The notes under the pieces were generated by a model. The model was given only the letters and a program-made list of their open reading frames with translations, had not been told where the DNA came from and searched no databases. A stretch of 48,058 bases of DNA from Geosiphon pyriformis uo1 (taxonomy: Eukaryota > Fungi > Glomeromycota): NCBI GenBank assembly GCA_016748015.1, contig JAAOMT010000174.1, forward strand, positions 2,864 through 50,921, given 5' to 3'. A program made the position numbers and the translations under genes. Shown here piece by piece: positions 23,589-36,894 of this stretch. The first letter of the stretch is position 1; every line of letters starts with the position of its first letter.

Positions 23589-24369
23589 CAAAAAATGGGT
23601 TATTAGGTAAAGAAATATTGATATAAATTAACAAAAAAAACAGAAAACTTCTTTTTAAAAAATGTGCTTTTTAAGAATTTATTAGAGATAAGAGAGAAAG
23701 AATTTTTTTTAAAAGATTTTATGTATTATTTATAAGTAAATTTGGTTAATATATACAATTAACCAAATAATTCTTACAAATATATTTATTATGTTTGGAA
23801 TTATTTTACAATTTTTTTGGATTACAATTCTTTTTTTTTTAAGAAGCAAAAAAAGTAGCAAGCTTTTTTTTCAACTTTTTATTATATTTAAATTTCTAAC
23901 TATCTTTTAAATTAATAATAAAAAAGAGTTTAAAGCTAAAATAATCAAAAAATTAATAGAAATATAGCCAACTACTTATATTATAAATAGATATCCAAAA
24001 TATTCTTAATTTTAAAAATTAATTAAATAAGCAAATAATATATTTTAACAAAAACTTTTAAAATAAATAGAAAATAAAAAAGCTAATAATTAGTTGTATA
24101 GTTTATATTAATTAATATGTAAAAAATATTATTTTTATATTAATTGAATTATTTAAACAATTATTAATTTATTTTTATGTTTAAATATAATAAACACAAA
24201 AGTTTTTGTAGTTATTGGTTTTTTATTTTATTAAAAAATATTTAAACAAAAAACTTTACATAAATTATTTTCTTTTTGAATTTTTTTTAAATTAATTATA
24301 AAAGAAAAAATTTTTTTTAATAACTTGAATATAAAACCAATTAATAAAAAGCTAATTTAACAGAAAATC

Positions 24370-24452
24370 AAAAATAATAATAATTAGCAATAAAACAAAT
24401 TACAGCAACAAAATAACCAGTAATAACAGCAAAATAACTAGTAACAAAATAA
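24370..24452. repeat. Left part of a degenerate AACAARATAA minisatellite
   Basis: Same units as 31411-31832, separated from them by LINE copy 2. Confidence 0.7.
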
Positions 24453-24586
24453 AAAACTGTTTTAAACTAGGAAACTTCTTTCTGTCTTACCTCCAAAAAT
24501 TCCAATGAGTTATTTTCTGAAAAAGAAGTTTTTTTTTTTTTTGTTAGTATTATATCAATATTTCTTCAACTAATAATCCTTTTGTC

Positions 24587-26602
24587 ATGGATTTGGATGC
24601 TGCTTCTAGTGGCAGTATGTCAAAGAAAAAGGCGCCTAAAGATGCTTTTCATGGTCCTGCTGGTAGTTCCTTTACTCAAAAGAAGAAAGTCATTCTTGAG
24701 AATGTCAAACATTCTGGCAATAAGCAGGACATTTCTCTGAAGTCTGATTCTGGTAATAGTGTTTTTTCTAATGTGGAAAGCTTATCTGATAATGAAAATG
24801 ATGTTGATATGTCTGGTGGTGGTAATGGCTCTCTTCTGGATTCAGCTGTTAATACTCCAAGGGCAAATAGATTAAGTACTGGCATAGATTTTGGCTCCTC
24901 CCTCAGTTCCCCCAACTTCGTCATAGATGAAAAGGTGAAACCTCTTCCACTTTCAATAAAGAAAGTCTTTTCTGATAGCAAATGAGTCGATCCTATTATC
25001 ATCAAAACTCAAGTGGAAGTGCCTGTCAAAAAATTTTTTGTCTTGGATATCAATCTTTTAACTGTTGAAGGCAAATTGGCGACAGCAAAAACTCAATTAA
25101 TCAAGAAAATTTTTTCAAAAATCAATGGTTTTGGGGGGGCCACTACTTCCTCAAAATTTGAAGGAATCATCTGATTAACATTTACTTCTGAAGAGAGCAT
25201 GAGAAAAGCTGGGTCATTGGCTAAAAAAGAAGAGATCATCGTAAACAACAATGTAAGAAAACAAGGGCTTTGTTCAGATCAGATTGTAGTGATCAAAGAA
25301 ATTCTCATGAATACACCTAAAAACATGATCATCGCTGCAGTCTCTGAGTTTAAAATAATTAAGTCAATCAAAATCCAATTGGTTGATATGTGGTAGAATT
25401 TGCCAATTCAGACCAGACTGTGCAATTGGCTTCAAGATGGTTATTTCTAATTGAGAAAGATTTGATTCATGTGGCTATGGCTGTGAGAGATCATAATACA
25501 TGGACTTCTAAGGATTGGTTTAAAGCACTGTTGTTTACTTTGCCTGTGGGCACTACTGCACATGATCTTGGTATGCTTTTGGATGGAGCTAGAGGGAAAA
25601 CTTGTGTCATCAATAGATCATTGGAGACTGGCAATTGGTTCTACTGTGCTGTAGTGTGCTTTGAATCTGATAAAATGTTGGAGTCTGCTTTTTATACTAA
25701 GCCAATTTTTGGTGGTGTTCAATTGTCATGGGCTAGGTTGGAGCTGGTTTGGTGTGATAGATGTGGGCATTTTAGATATTTGGCTCTCGAGTGCAATGTC
25801 TCTGATGTATTACCTTTTGTGCCTCCTAATTTGATGAAAAGACCTTCTTTTGGTACGTCCCACTTTCAGCTAGCCAAATTGTATGCCAGAAAAAATGTTC
25901 CTATTTCTCGTCCAGCTGTCTTTGGTGGTAAATTATGGGCTCAAGTGGTGTCCTTTGCCTCCCCTTTTGGCAGCTCCCTTTCTGGTTCTGGGTTGCTTTC
26001 TGATGGTGCATCTTTATCATTCGGTTTTTCTTGTCATTAGGTCAATGGCTTAGATGATCATCTGGCAGTCTTGAAACAATCTATGGAAATTCTCTCTAAT
26101 CAGGTGTCTGTTATTCTTAGAAAATTGAGTTCTTTTGAGTTGGTGCCATTGGCATCTCCTTCTTGTGCTCCCTTTTTGGCTGTTTCTGTGCATTCGGCTC
26201 CAGTTGTAGACTCAAATATAGCTCTAGATGGTGTGTTGGCTTCATCTACTCCCTCTCTTTCTGGTGGTAATGATTCTGCTGCTGTTTTTAGTTCAAGTGG
26301 TTCAAAGGTTCTTACCTCTAAATTGGGTGGTTTGGAATTCAAGATGTCTGATCTGGAAGCTTTGTTCAGTTCAATTCTGGCAAGATTGGATCTTTTGTGT
26401 TTTGCTTAATTTTTAAATTTCTATACTGATTTTAGAAACTATTTGAATCTGTTATAATTTATATTAAAAAGTTTAATAAACTTATTAAAAAAATCTACCA
26501 GTTGTTAATAAACAAAAAGCAATTACAATTATGCCCAATAATGTTTAAAGCTTCAGATTATAACGTGGTTTGAGTTCGTTTCTACCTCATTTGTCCCAAT
26601 GA
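24587..26602 (+). pseudogene. LINE copy 2 ORF1 (RRM-like plus CCHC knuckle)
   Basis: Fragments at 24587, 25199, 25390 and 26071, with CDRCGHFRYLALEC. Homologous to copy 1. Confidence 0.87.
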
Positions 26603-29600
26603 CCAGTTTAGTTTGGAGGATCCCCATGTGTAATGTGAGGGGTATAAATAATTTGGCAAAACAGGAAGACATTATACGTTGGCATAAGAATTCTGGCAAT
26701 TTGGTTTCCATTCTCACAGAAACAAAGTTAAAGGATAAGTTCTGTCCTTGGCTGGCTAGCAAATTTGATGGTGTTCGTGTTTTTTCTTCTGGATTGAACT
26801 CTGGCTACGTTGGTGCTAGTGTTGTGGTCATTATGGACAATTTTTTAGCTAAGTATGTCAGTAAGATTTCTGAAGTTCCAGGTCGCCTTCTTTGTATTAG
26901 ATTACTCTTTAAAAACAAACTTTCGGTTTCTGTCCTGGGGCTTTACACTGGTGCCTTCTCAACTGCTTGGTTCTTCCAAGCTGGTAGGGTCAATTCCTTG
27001 ATTGCAATGACTGTGAATGAATCTTTTTTTGTCATTCTTGGTGGCAATTTCAACAAAGATGGCTCTTATAAGTGTGCCAGCTTCAAAAGATGTTTTGATT
27101 TGGGTTTGGTCAACTCTCTGAATGGGAGCTCTTTTGTGAAAGCACTAACTTGGTGCAACTTTCATGGTGTTGCTAAAATAATTGATTATGTTTTTGTCTT
27201 TTCTGATTTGGTTGGTGCTTTGGTAGATCATGGTGTGGTTGGTGTTGAGGAATTTTTTGACACTGATCACAAGGCCATTTCTGTTTCTGTGGGCTTGGGT
27301 GGCCTCCTTAATGTCTAGTTGAATTTATTACACAAGCAGGCAAATAAAAATTGTTGGAAGTATAATGTCAAAAGTGCTGATGAGATTAAGTGGTCCAATT
27401 TCAGGATCACTATGGCTGACAATGCTTCTATGTTCTTAAATGAGTTTGTTGCAACTAAACAGTTTTCGGACTTGGATGCAATATGGGACACTGTTTGCAA
27501 AACTATTGTTCTCTCAACAGAGGGAATGTTTAGAAAGAAGTGGTTTAAGGGTTTTAATAGTGTTTTTAATAAGGTGTCTTCCAGGTTTCATAAACTTGAG
27601 CTATTTGTGTTTAAGCTGGTAAAATCTTCTTATTTGGTTTCTGGTGGGGATTTTGCTTCATTGCTGGATACTTGAGACAGGCTTGATTTAGTGGGTGCTT
27701 TGTCAATAAAGTCTCTTTTTCTTTCTGGCTTTGGTTTTGATGCAATTTGTTCTGAGCTGTCTAAGACAAGGAAGTCTTACTGCTCTTCTAAGTTGATAGA
27801 ATCTAAACATACTAAAGAATCTCATATAAGGCAAGCTGTCGAGAGGAGAATGGAGAGTTTTGAGGTAGACAAGGGTTATATCATCAGGAGCATTTTGGAG
27901 TGCTTCTTTTGCAAGGTGGTGCTGGATCATCTGGTTGTGGGGGAAGAGCTGGTCTTGAAGCCTAAGTTGGTTAAGTTTAAGATAGATGTGATTATGGAAG
28001 ATTGAACTTAAAAGCATGTAGTTGTTTCTGATATTTCTGACATTTGGGTGTGCTAATTTCAGCCTTTGAAGTATGTTTTTGATGGCACCTTCTCTAATGT
28101 GATGTGTTCAATCAGATTTGAGGAAATGTTTGGTGTTGTTTCAAATTTGTCCAATGGGAAAGCGGCTGGTCTTTCTGGTATTACTAATGAACTTTGAAAG
28201 CATTGTGATAAGTCGGTTTTGCATATGCTTTTAGTGCTCTTGAATTTTTGCTTGATTTGTGAGTCAGTACCTGGACTTTAGAAAGAAGCTTGTGTTTTGA
28301 TGATTCCTAAACCCTATGAGTGGGAGGGCATTCTCATGAATACTCAACCTATTGCTTTAATTGAAACTGCTCACAAAATTTTTTTTAAGATTCTTTTAGA
28401 CCAGATTTCTTTGGCTTGTAGCTCTTTTGATGTACTCCATGAAGACAATTTCTCTGTCTTGAAGGGGACAATTACTCAGTCATCTATTTTTGCCATTAGT
28501 TTTGTGGTCGAAAATGCTCTGGAGAAAAACTGAGAGCTGTGGCTGATGTTGCAGAACATGTGGAAAGCTTATAACTCTATTGGTTGGGAGCATCTTAGGA
28601 GGAGCCTGGTCAAGATTAAAATGTGTGATAGATTTATTAAGTTCTTTGGTTTCATTCACAATGGTCGTGTTAACAGAGTAATGACAGATTTTGGGTTGAC
28701 TAACAGTTACCATGTTCATAATGGTTTGGATCAGAGGGAGGTTTTTTTGCCATTTCTTTGGCACATATTTTATGATTCACTCTTGTGTAAGGTCAAAAGG
28801 CAGGAAAGTGTGTGTGGTTACTGTTTGATTTCTCATTTTGTCTTCAAAACTGGCTGTGTGGAATCTCAGAGTGGGCTAATTTTGTTTCTGGCTGTTGGTG
28901 CTTTTGTTGATAATATGATTTGGATTGGTAGCAGCCAGGCTGCTACGCAATATATTCTTGACATTGCTAGTGAATTTTTTAGGTTTAATAACATTTCAAT
29001 TAACAACAACAAAACTGTGGCCATTCTCATTAACTGTCGGATTGTTAATCCAGTTTTGATTGTCAATAGCTCGCCTATCTCCATTGCCAAAAGGGGGAAC
29101 CTCATCATTATCTGGGCATATTTTTGTCTTCTGAAGGTCTTTCAAGACCCAGCTTGGCTAAGGCGCATTTAGATGTTTGGTTTTTTATTAATTTTGTTTT
29201 GAAAAAGACAATTTTGGATAAGCAGTTTGCTTATTTGGTGTCTTCAGTTCTCTTTCCTATTGTTGGCTACAGGACTCAATTCAGTTTTGTTCCAGTTAGT
29301 GTGTGTAATAAATGGGATGCTTTGATCCATAAGGGTTTGAAATCTAAATCTGGGCTTCTGTTCAACTTTCCCAATGATGCACTTTATTATCCTTCTCTGT
29401 ACAATTTAAAGATTTTTGAACAGATTCAGGCTGAGAGCAAATTGGTGTCTGTTGTTGCTTTTGCGAATTCTGCTGATGTTTTGGGCCATCTGTTTTCTCA
29501 TAGGTCTTATAACCTTCAGGTTCTTAGCTGGCGTCCTTGTCACCCTTTGTTGTTTCCAGTTCATGTTAGTATTAGCCTTTCAAATAACTTTTTGGCAGAT

Positions 29601-31278
29601 GCAGTTCGTATTTTTTTTGGGTGTAATTTATCTTTGGGTGGCTCTCTGGCTGATGCTTTTTGTCTTCGAGGTGGTACCCCAATGTCCTGTGTTCTTGGTG
29701 AGAAGGTTTTTTTTAAATGTGTGTCTTCCCTCAAGTGTTATGGTATTGCCTTTATGGAACAACTCCACAACTGAAATGGTGTTGTTTTTGCCTGGAAGAC
29801 CTTCAAGCATTGGAAAAAACTGGACCCCTATGGCCCAGTTCCCTTCTGGTTTGATCTGTCTGTTTGTTTTCTTGATGATATTACTTTTTTTTCCATTTGC
29901 TCTTCGCATGTAAAATTTTTTGACCCTTCTGATGTTTGTCAATCTTTTGGTTTTAGTGTCGTTTGTAATAATCTGTCAAATGCTAGTGCCTTTCTGTGTA
30001 TACAAATAGGTCTCTATGTAATTTGGGTACTGTTGACATGAAGGCTGGTGCTGCTGTTTTTTTTGAGGACATTAATTCAGGTTTGGGTGTGAGTGTGTCT
30101 GGTTTGATCTCTTCTACTTAAACAGAATTGCAGGCTATTGTTTTGGCTCTGGAGTGTATTCTTCTTTTTTGCTTAGTTAACCTGTTTTCAAACAGTCAGA
30201 CAGCTTTAGATGCATATAGATTGGAGTCTTTGTTGGTTGGTCCGAACTTCAGGAATTGTTGCTGAATTGAGCACGCCACATCGCCAATGTCATTCATCAG
30301 AAAAATTTAGATGTGAATTGGATTAAGGTTAAAGATTATTTGGGCATTCTGGACAACAAGTGTGCTAATGTGCTTGTTAAAAATGCTACTTTTTCTGCCT
30401 GGTGCCTGCCCCATTTGGTCAGTGAAAGGTTTCTGAAGGCTAGTGGTGCTGTAGTTTCTGGTAATTCTAGGCATTTTGTTCGCGATGTTTTCTGGTTAGT
30501 TTATTATGTGCACTGGGAGATTGGTTCTGGTTCATGAATTGTTCCAGTCAGTTTGCATGCTGATATTTATTGGTTGCGATTCTCTTTGGTGTGGCATCTG
30601 GACTCTCATTTGGCTTCAGGTTTCACTAGTAGACATACTGTTAGCTTACAGACTTACTTTATGAAGACTTTTTATCATTGGCTCCCTGTTGCCATGCAGA
30701 AGTATTTGTATGATAGATGCTATGCCAATGTAGTGTGTTTGTTCTGTGGTAATATTGAGGTCTCAGACCATATTTTTTCTTGTTCATTTGATGCTGCTGG
30801 TCATGTTCAGTTGTTTGTTGTTTATGCGTTGGCTTGGAAGGCTCGTTCTGGTTTGGTCCAGGCTTCTTCATGTGTCTTCTAGTTGCTGTTTACTTGTATT
30901 GCAGACGCTGCAGTCAGTACAGCTCTGTGTAAGGGCTTTGTTTTCAGTAGTTGATATCAGGAGTCATTGTTAGTTTTTATGGATTCCATGGTTACAGCTT
31001 CAAATATTGTGGATTTTGTATGTGAGTTTTGTGTGTCTTTTTGGGATAATATTTGGCTGGTTCACGCTAAACACTGGGCTTTCATGAAGAAGAATGGGCT
31101 GATCTTACATGATGGTTCTATTTTTGTTCCAGTTTCCAGTTTTCCTATGGTGTTTTTTTCTGGCATGGTTAGATTGTTGGGTATTGCTGATGCTGTCGGT
31201 ATTGGTTTTGGGTTTTACAAACCTTGTTTGTTTTTTTCAGGTATTTGTGACATAGTCTCTATTTATATAGGTGCTTAG
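26599..31278 (+). pseudogene. LINE copy 2 ORF2: APE endonuclease, RT, RNase H, C-terminal Cys motif
   Basis: APE: CNVRGIN, LTETKL, GGNFN, IDYVF, TDHKA. RT: PIALIE, KAYNSI, AFVDN. RNase H: VYTNRS..TELQAI..FSNSQ..WIKVK (~29995-30390). C-terminal CLFCG..DHIFSC. Confidence 0.92.
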
Positions 31279-31410
31279 TGTTGTTCTGGTTGGCCTGAAT
31301 GGCTGGTCACATGTGGAAAATGCATGATTCACTCCTAGTTTAGATTATTTAATTGATGTATAATACTAGGTCATGTTTGGACTTCACTTATTAAATGTAA
31401 TAAAAAAAAA

Positions 31411-31832
31411 AACAAAATAACCAACAACAAAAACAGCAAGATAATAAGTGACAAAATAATTAGTAATAACAAAATAATATATAATAAGATAATTAATAAT
31501 AATAGTAAGATAATAAATAATAGGATAATTAACAATAGTAATAAAATAATATACAACAAAATAAATTGTAATAGCAACAAAATAATAAGTAACAAGATAA
31601 CTAATAACAACAATAACAAGATAATTAGCAGCAATAATAAGATAATATGTAACAAAATAATTAACAATAACAACAAAATAATATGTAATAAAATAATAAG
31701 CAATAAAATAATAAACAGCAACAACAAAATAATAGATAACAAAATAACTAGCAATAACAATAAAATAATCAGTAACAAGATAATTAGTAATAGCAACAAA
31801 ATAATTTATACAAGATAATTAGTAGCAGCAAA
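31411..31832. repeat. Degenerate minisatellite (AACAAGATAAYYAGCAGC-like units)
   Basis: Many imperfect 12-21 bp units. Explains the spurious Leu/Ile ORF on the minus strand. Confidence 0.9.
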
Positions 31833-34570
31833 TAGAGTTTTAATCAAATTAAATTAAACTGAATCAATTTTTTAAATAGATTCAGTTAAAATTTGGCATT
31901 GAACTTTTTTGATAAGTCTGAATTTGGTTCAAGTCTGGTTTGAAATTTACAAACATGTTCAAATTTAATAAAATTAAAAAAAAATATAACTTGTATTATT
32001 TGTTTATCAATTATTATTTTATTTAATTATAATTAATTAAAAAAATATATAAAACTATGTATAACAAATTTATTGTTAGTATTATCAATATTATTAAATA
32101 TTTAAAATTTAAAATAATAAAATTTAATAATCCAAATAGTTTAGATATTAATATATTTGGTAAGTGTAATTTTCAAAGTAAAATATAGGACTATTTTGAT
32201 AAATTTGAGTAAATAAAAAAAACAGCTAAATATACAGTCTTAAAATATGTGTATAAATCATTTTTTTGTAAAACTACAGATACTACCAAATTTTTATGGT
32301 ATTATTAAGAAGTTTTCTACTAAACAGTATATATTACAATGAAAAAATATTATAAAAAAAGGCAAAATAGTTAAAACCATTATAAGTTAATTCAAAAAAT
32401 GTTTTAACAGATAAAATTGCTATTTTTTTTTATAATTTTTGGCCAATTTAACTAAAAAACTGCTTTAGTTTTTTGTAGTAACTGTTATTAATATTAATAA
32501 TAAAAGACTTTATAACATAATTACTATTTGGCTTATCAACTATCAGCAATCACTTTTTAAAGTAGAAAACTTTAAATTAATTAAAATATTTCAATATTTG
32601 AATACTATTTTTCAATCTGTTTGTGCTAATACAATTAAAAATAGAATCATCTTGAGTAGATAAAAATTAAGAATAAGTGCTATTTTTATTATAAAATGTC
32701 TTTTTTTTATCTATACTTATAATATAATAGGCATACTTAAATACTATTAAGTTCAAAATTTTTTTTACATCAAATCTTTAGATATTTCTCAATAATAAAG
32801 TCTTTGTTTTTATTATTACTTATTATATCAATAACAATTAGAATCTTTAACAAACAATAATTGATTTTGAATTAATGAGTGAACAACATAATAAAATAAA
32901 CATTATGAATAGATTTTTTAAAATATTAAAATATTATAAAATTACATCAAAGATATATATATATATTTTTGCATGAATTTAGATTAGTCAATAGCCAATG
33001 ATAAAATTAACATATTATACAGTATATTAGTATTATCTAAAATTCAAAGTTATTACAGTATTCATATCATCAAAAATCATATTTTTTAATATTGGTTTAA
33101 ATTAGTTTTTATTATTGCTTTAAAGCTGAATTTTTGGTATTAGTATTATTTGAGACTTAGAGTTATTACAGTACTTATATTATTAAAAACTACATTTTTT
33201 TAATGTTAATTTAAGTGGTTTTATTATTGTTTTAAGCCAAATTTTTAGCCAAAAAAATTAAGAAAAAAGTTTAAAAAAAAATTATATTTACTCTTTTTTT
33301 ATACAAGTTTTTTATTAATTTTATTAGTTATAACCTAATTTTTTTTGGCAGTTTTTTACTATTACTCTCGATAATATTGCAAATAATAATACTTTTGTAA
33401 GAGAGTTAACAAAAAAATTAGAAAAAAAAAACATTTAATAAAACTCAAAAAACTTTTAATTTTGATACTTTGATTATATTTTAAACTTGGCAATACAGAT
33501 AATTTTAGATGAAATAAAAAATAATATTTCTAAGGTATTTATTAAAAATCTAAACTGAATATATTTACTTAAAATTTTCTTAATATAAATTTTGTATAAA
33601 TTAAAGATTAAAGAACTTAACTCTATAATTTGTATTTTGTCTCAATGTTTTAAGCTCTTTTAATATGTCTGTAATATATATTAAATTAAATACTGTAAAC
33701 TCATTCTGAATTGTTTTATCTGGTAAAATTTTACTTATGACATAGTTAAAAATGAATTATCTCTTAAATTAACAAGTTATTTATTTTTGATTTTGTAAAT
33801 TTTAAATAAAAGAATTCTAACTGTAAATTTATAAGCATTAAACATTCTTATTAGCACTTATATTAATCTTCAGTAATATGTTATTTTACACAATTAATGG
33901 GCTGTTTTCAATAAAATTGCTAAATTTCTTGAACTATTTAAGAATATTACAGTTAAAATATTAACTAATTTAAATAATACTGTCTTTTCAATTATTATTT
34001 TTTTAATATCATTTTTAATCATGTCAAAAACACAGTTAATGAAAATAAATCTAGTAAAACATTATAATCTCAATTGTATTTATTTAGTTATTTATTTAAC
34101 ATATTTAATATTAGATTTATTATTTATAATAACAGTTAAAACAGTAAGAAAAAAGTATATTAAATATTACTTTAAAACAAATACAATATTAATGCTCTGT
34201 ACTATATTGAATCTAAGAAAAAAATTTAATTATTTTACAAAAAAAGAATTTTTGGATAATAATATTAATAAAATAAAAAAATTAGAAGTTATTAATTTAT
34301 TCAAATAGTTTTATTTTTTAATTCTCATATGCTAAATAAATCTTAAGAATGCATATTCTCTTTGAAATAAAGTACCCACTAAATATTATACCAACATCAA
34401 ATAACAGTTTTTTGTTAAATAGCAATTTTAATAATACTATAGCATTAGTTACACAATTCATATTAGAAACAGACTTTAACAATAATAATAAAAAACTTGA
34501 CAAAATTAATTATTATATTTCTGAAAAAGTGGCCAATAGAAAAATAAATATAATAATATAGTAAAAAGTA
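31833..34570 (+). mobile_element. Highly decayed hAT-like transposon relic
   Basis: TAGAG-type end with subterminal pentamer-like repeats (31833-31950). Motif relics TITLDNIANNN (~33358), KFLELF..IT (~33920), KYY..LCTILNLRKKFNYF (cf. ATILDPR.K) and DKINYY..**K (cf. dimerisation-domain WWK). Confidence 0.65.
33025..33250. repeat. Diverged tandem duplication, 113 bp period
   Basis: TATTAGTATTAT..GTTATTACAGTA..ATTTTTTAAT..TTATTATTG recurs at 33025 and 33138. Confidence 0.85.
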
Positions 34571-34799
34571 TATAATACAAATCATTATAATCATCAAAAA
34601 TATAGATCAGTCTAAAATTTTAAATAATGATCTTTATGTATTTTTATTTATATAATTAAATTTTATTGGTTAATATACATGTGTTTTTAATATATTATTT
34701 ATAATAAAAAAGAAAATTTTATTAAACTTTATATATTATAAAACCAAATACAGTATTACAAACTTTGAATATTATTTAATTTGTTTAATTTTTCAAGAA

Positions 34800-36894
34800 T
34801 ATTATTTGGAATTCTTTTATGAGATTTATATTTTTTTATAGCATATTCTACTAATTTTTACTAAAACTTTTTTTATAAAAATTCATATAACACTAATATT
34901 TTTTTGAGAATTGTTTAATAGTTATTAAAAATACCAATTCAAGACTTTTAGACACTGTTCTTTGTAATTTTTTCTATAAATAATTGTATTTATTATATGC
35001 ATATTTTTAGCAATTTTTTAATATTTTTTAATAAAATTTAATTTGCAATAAAATTTTGGAAAAAAAATGCACTTATGTCCCATACTTTTGATTAATTCTT
35101 CAATTGTATTTTTTTGAGTAAAAAAATCAGATTTTAAAGATATTATTCGATATGTACAACAAAAAACTTTTGAAGAATCTTTGATTTTTTCTTTGTATTT
35201 TTGGCATTCTAATATTAATTCTTTTGATAACTATTTTCTTCATTCTATTAATACTTGTTTAATTCCTTTAAGCAATCCTCAAAGTTTTTTATCTGAATAT
35301 ATTTTCAGAAAGATCATTAATTGTAATTGATTATCTAATTCAAAAAAAGTATCTTGCATTAATAATTGCTTTCCATCTAGACTTAAATTTATTTTGTTTA
35401 CAATTAAAGCATTTTTACTAAATGCTATATGATTAAAGGTATTATCAAAAGCAAATATGGCTGTACAATTTGAATATAATTTCTTAAAAATTAGAATTGC
35501 TTTATATTTAATTTGTTTAAGAAAATAATTTGCTGTCTAATAACTATCTTAATTATACCAAGTTGTAAATAGCATCATGCTTCTTTTAGTATATTAGAAT
35601 AATTTTCTATATCATTTTGTTGTAAACATAAATGTTTATTAATTTTAGTTAGAAATTTACTAACCATTATTGATCTTTTATTTTTTTTTTTCTTAGTGAC
35701 AAATTTCTATGCTTAGTCTATATGCTATGCTTGCCATTATTTAAATAAAAAATACATTTATTATAGACTACAAGAACTCTTTTTTTTTCATTAGTAAATT
35801 AAAATGTATTTAATTCATAAATTTATTTTTATATTTTGACATATACTTTTTATGCTCATATATTTTTTCTAAAAATTCTTTTCGAGATTGCAAAATATTA
35901 TTTTTTTCATGTTTATCATAATATAAGCCTTAATAATATTGTTAAAATAAATAACCAAGAATTTTGAGCCATCTTACTGCAGTCATAAGATTAATAGTTT
36001 TTTCCTTTATTATTCTAATATTAAGAAACAATTTATGCTTGATGAATTTTTTAAATGTTACTGAAGTGGCATTGAAGTTTTGGTTTCTAATCCAAATATG
36101 ATATCTTTTTACAATGTCTTTATTATTAATTATTCTAATTGTTTTTTGGTGTTTTTTATGTTTTGATGTTAAAACTTATCATTAAGCAACCAATACTTTA
36201 CAAAATATCGAATTCTTTGTGCTTTCTATACACTACCATTAATAAAAACTTTTTGGACAATTTTCAAATTAGCATTAATTTTTCTATGTCCATTATTATT
36301 ATTTAACAAGGTAAAATATTTAAAAATAGCTCTTTTTTAATTATATTTGAAAACAGTTAACTGAACATGTTGTTTTTTTAAATGTTCTTTTAACTCTTGC
36401 TCTTTTTTTATTTGATTAGCATACAGATCAATCTTACTTTCTGAATTGCTTAAAGATTTATTAAATTCAGATTATTGTAAGTCTATAGTTTGAGTATTGC
36501 TAATATTAAAGAAAGTGGTAATTTTTTTTAGTTCCAGTTGCTGCTTTAGTGAATAAACTATTTGGTCTATATTTATTGTAATAAATTAACTTTGATATCT
36601 TTTTTATTATGTAAGGGCCTTACTTTTTTTTTAAATAATTGTTATTTTTCTATATTAAACTGAGTTTTTTTAATTTTGTATTTATTCTAATTACAGCTTT
36701 CATATCTTCTGTATTATCTTATTTATTGTTATTATTATTATTCTACTCTTTATTACTAATATTCAGTCTGTTATATTTATTTACTTCAATATTATGATTA
36801 TTTATTAAAATAGTATAATGTGTTTTTTATATAATTTTTTTGTATTTCTAAATTGATCTTTAGCTTTTCTTTTTTCTTTAGAATGAAATGGCAT
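34800..36894 (-). pseudogene. Decayed IS630/Tc1/mariner-type transposase with a long D-to-E spacer
   Basis: The minus strand gives RWLKILG, YYDKHE, VVYNKC (cf. HDE), AIFAFDNTFNH, KGIKQVLIE, CC, GHKCIFFPKFYCKLNFI (cf. PKFHCELNFIE) and YAIKKYKSHKRIP. Confidence 0.8.

Larger units (their letters stand above)
17301..23710 (-). mobile_element. Decayed LINE (non-LTR retrotransposon) copy 1, with its poly-A tail displaced to 1428-1440
   Basis: Collinear with the plus copy across ORF1, APE, RT (GAFVDDTIW), partial RNase H and a C-terminal CxxC. The 3' UTR is homologous. Possible TSD AAAGATTTT at ~1423 and ~23712. Confidence 0.92.
24453..31410 (+). mobile_element. Full-length decayed LINE copy 2
   Basis: ORF1, ORF2, 3' UTR and poly-A at 31402-31412. 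Candidate TSD AACAAAATAA at 24443-24452 / 31411-31420. Confidence 0.93.

Noticed and set aside
31371-31799. Leu/Ile-rich membrane protein ORF
   Set aside because: Antisense translation of the minisatellite.
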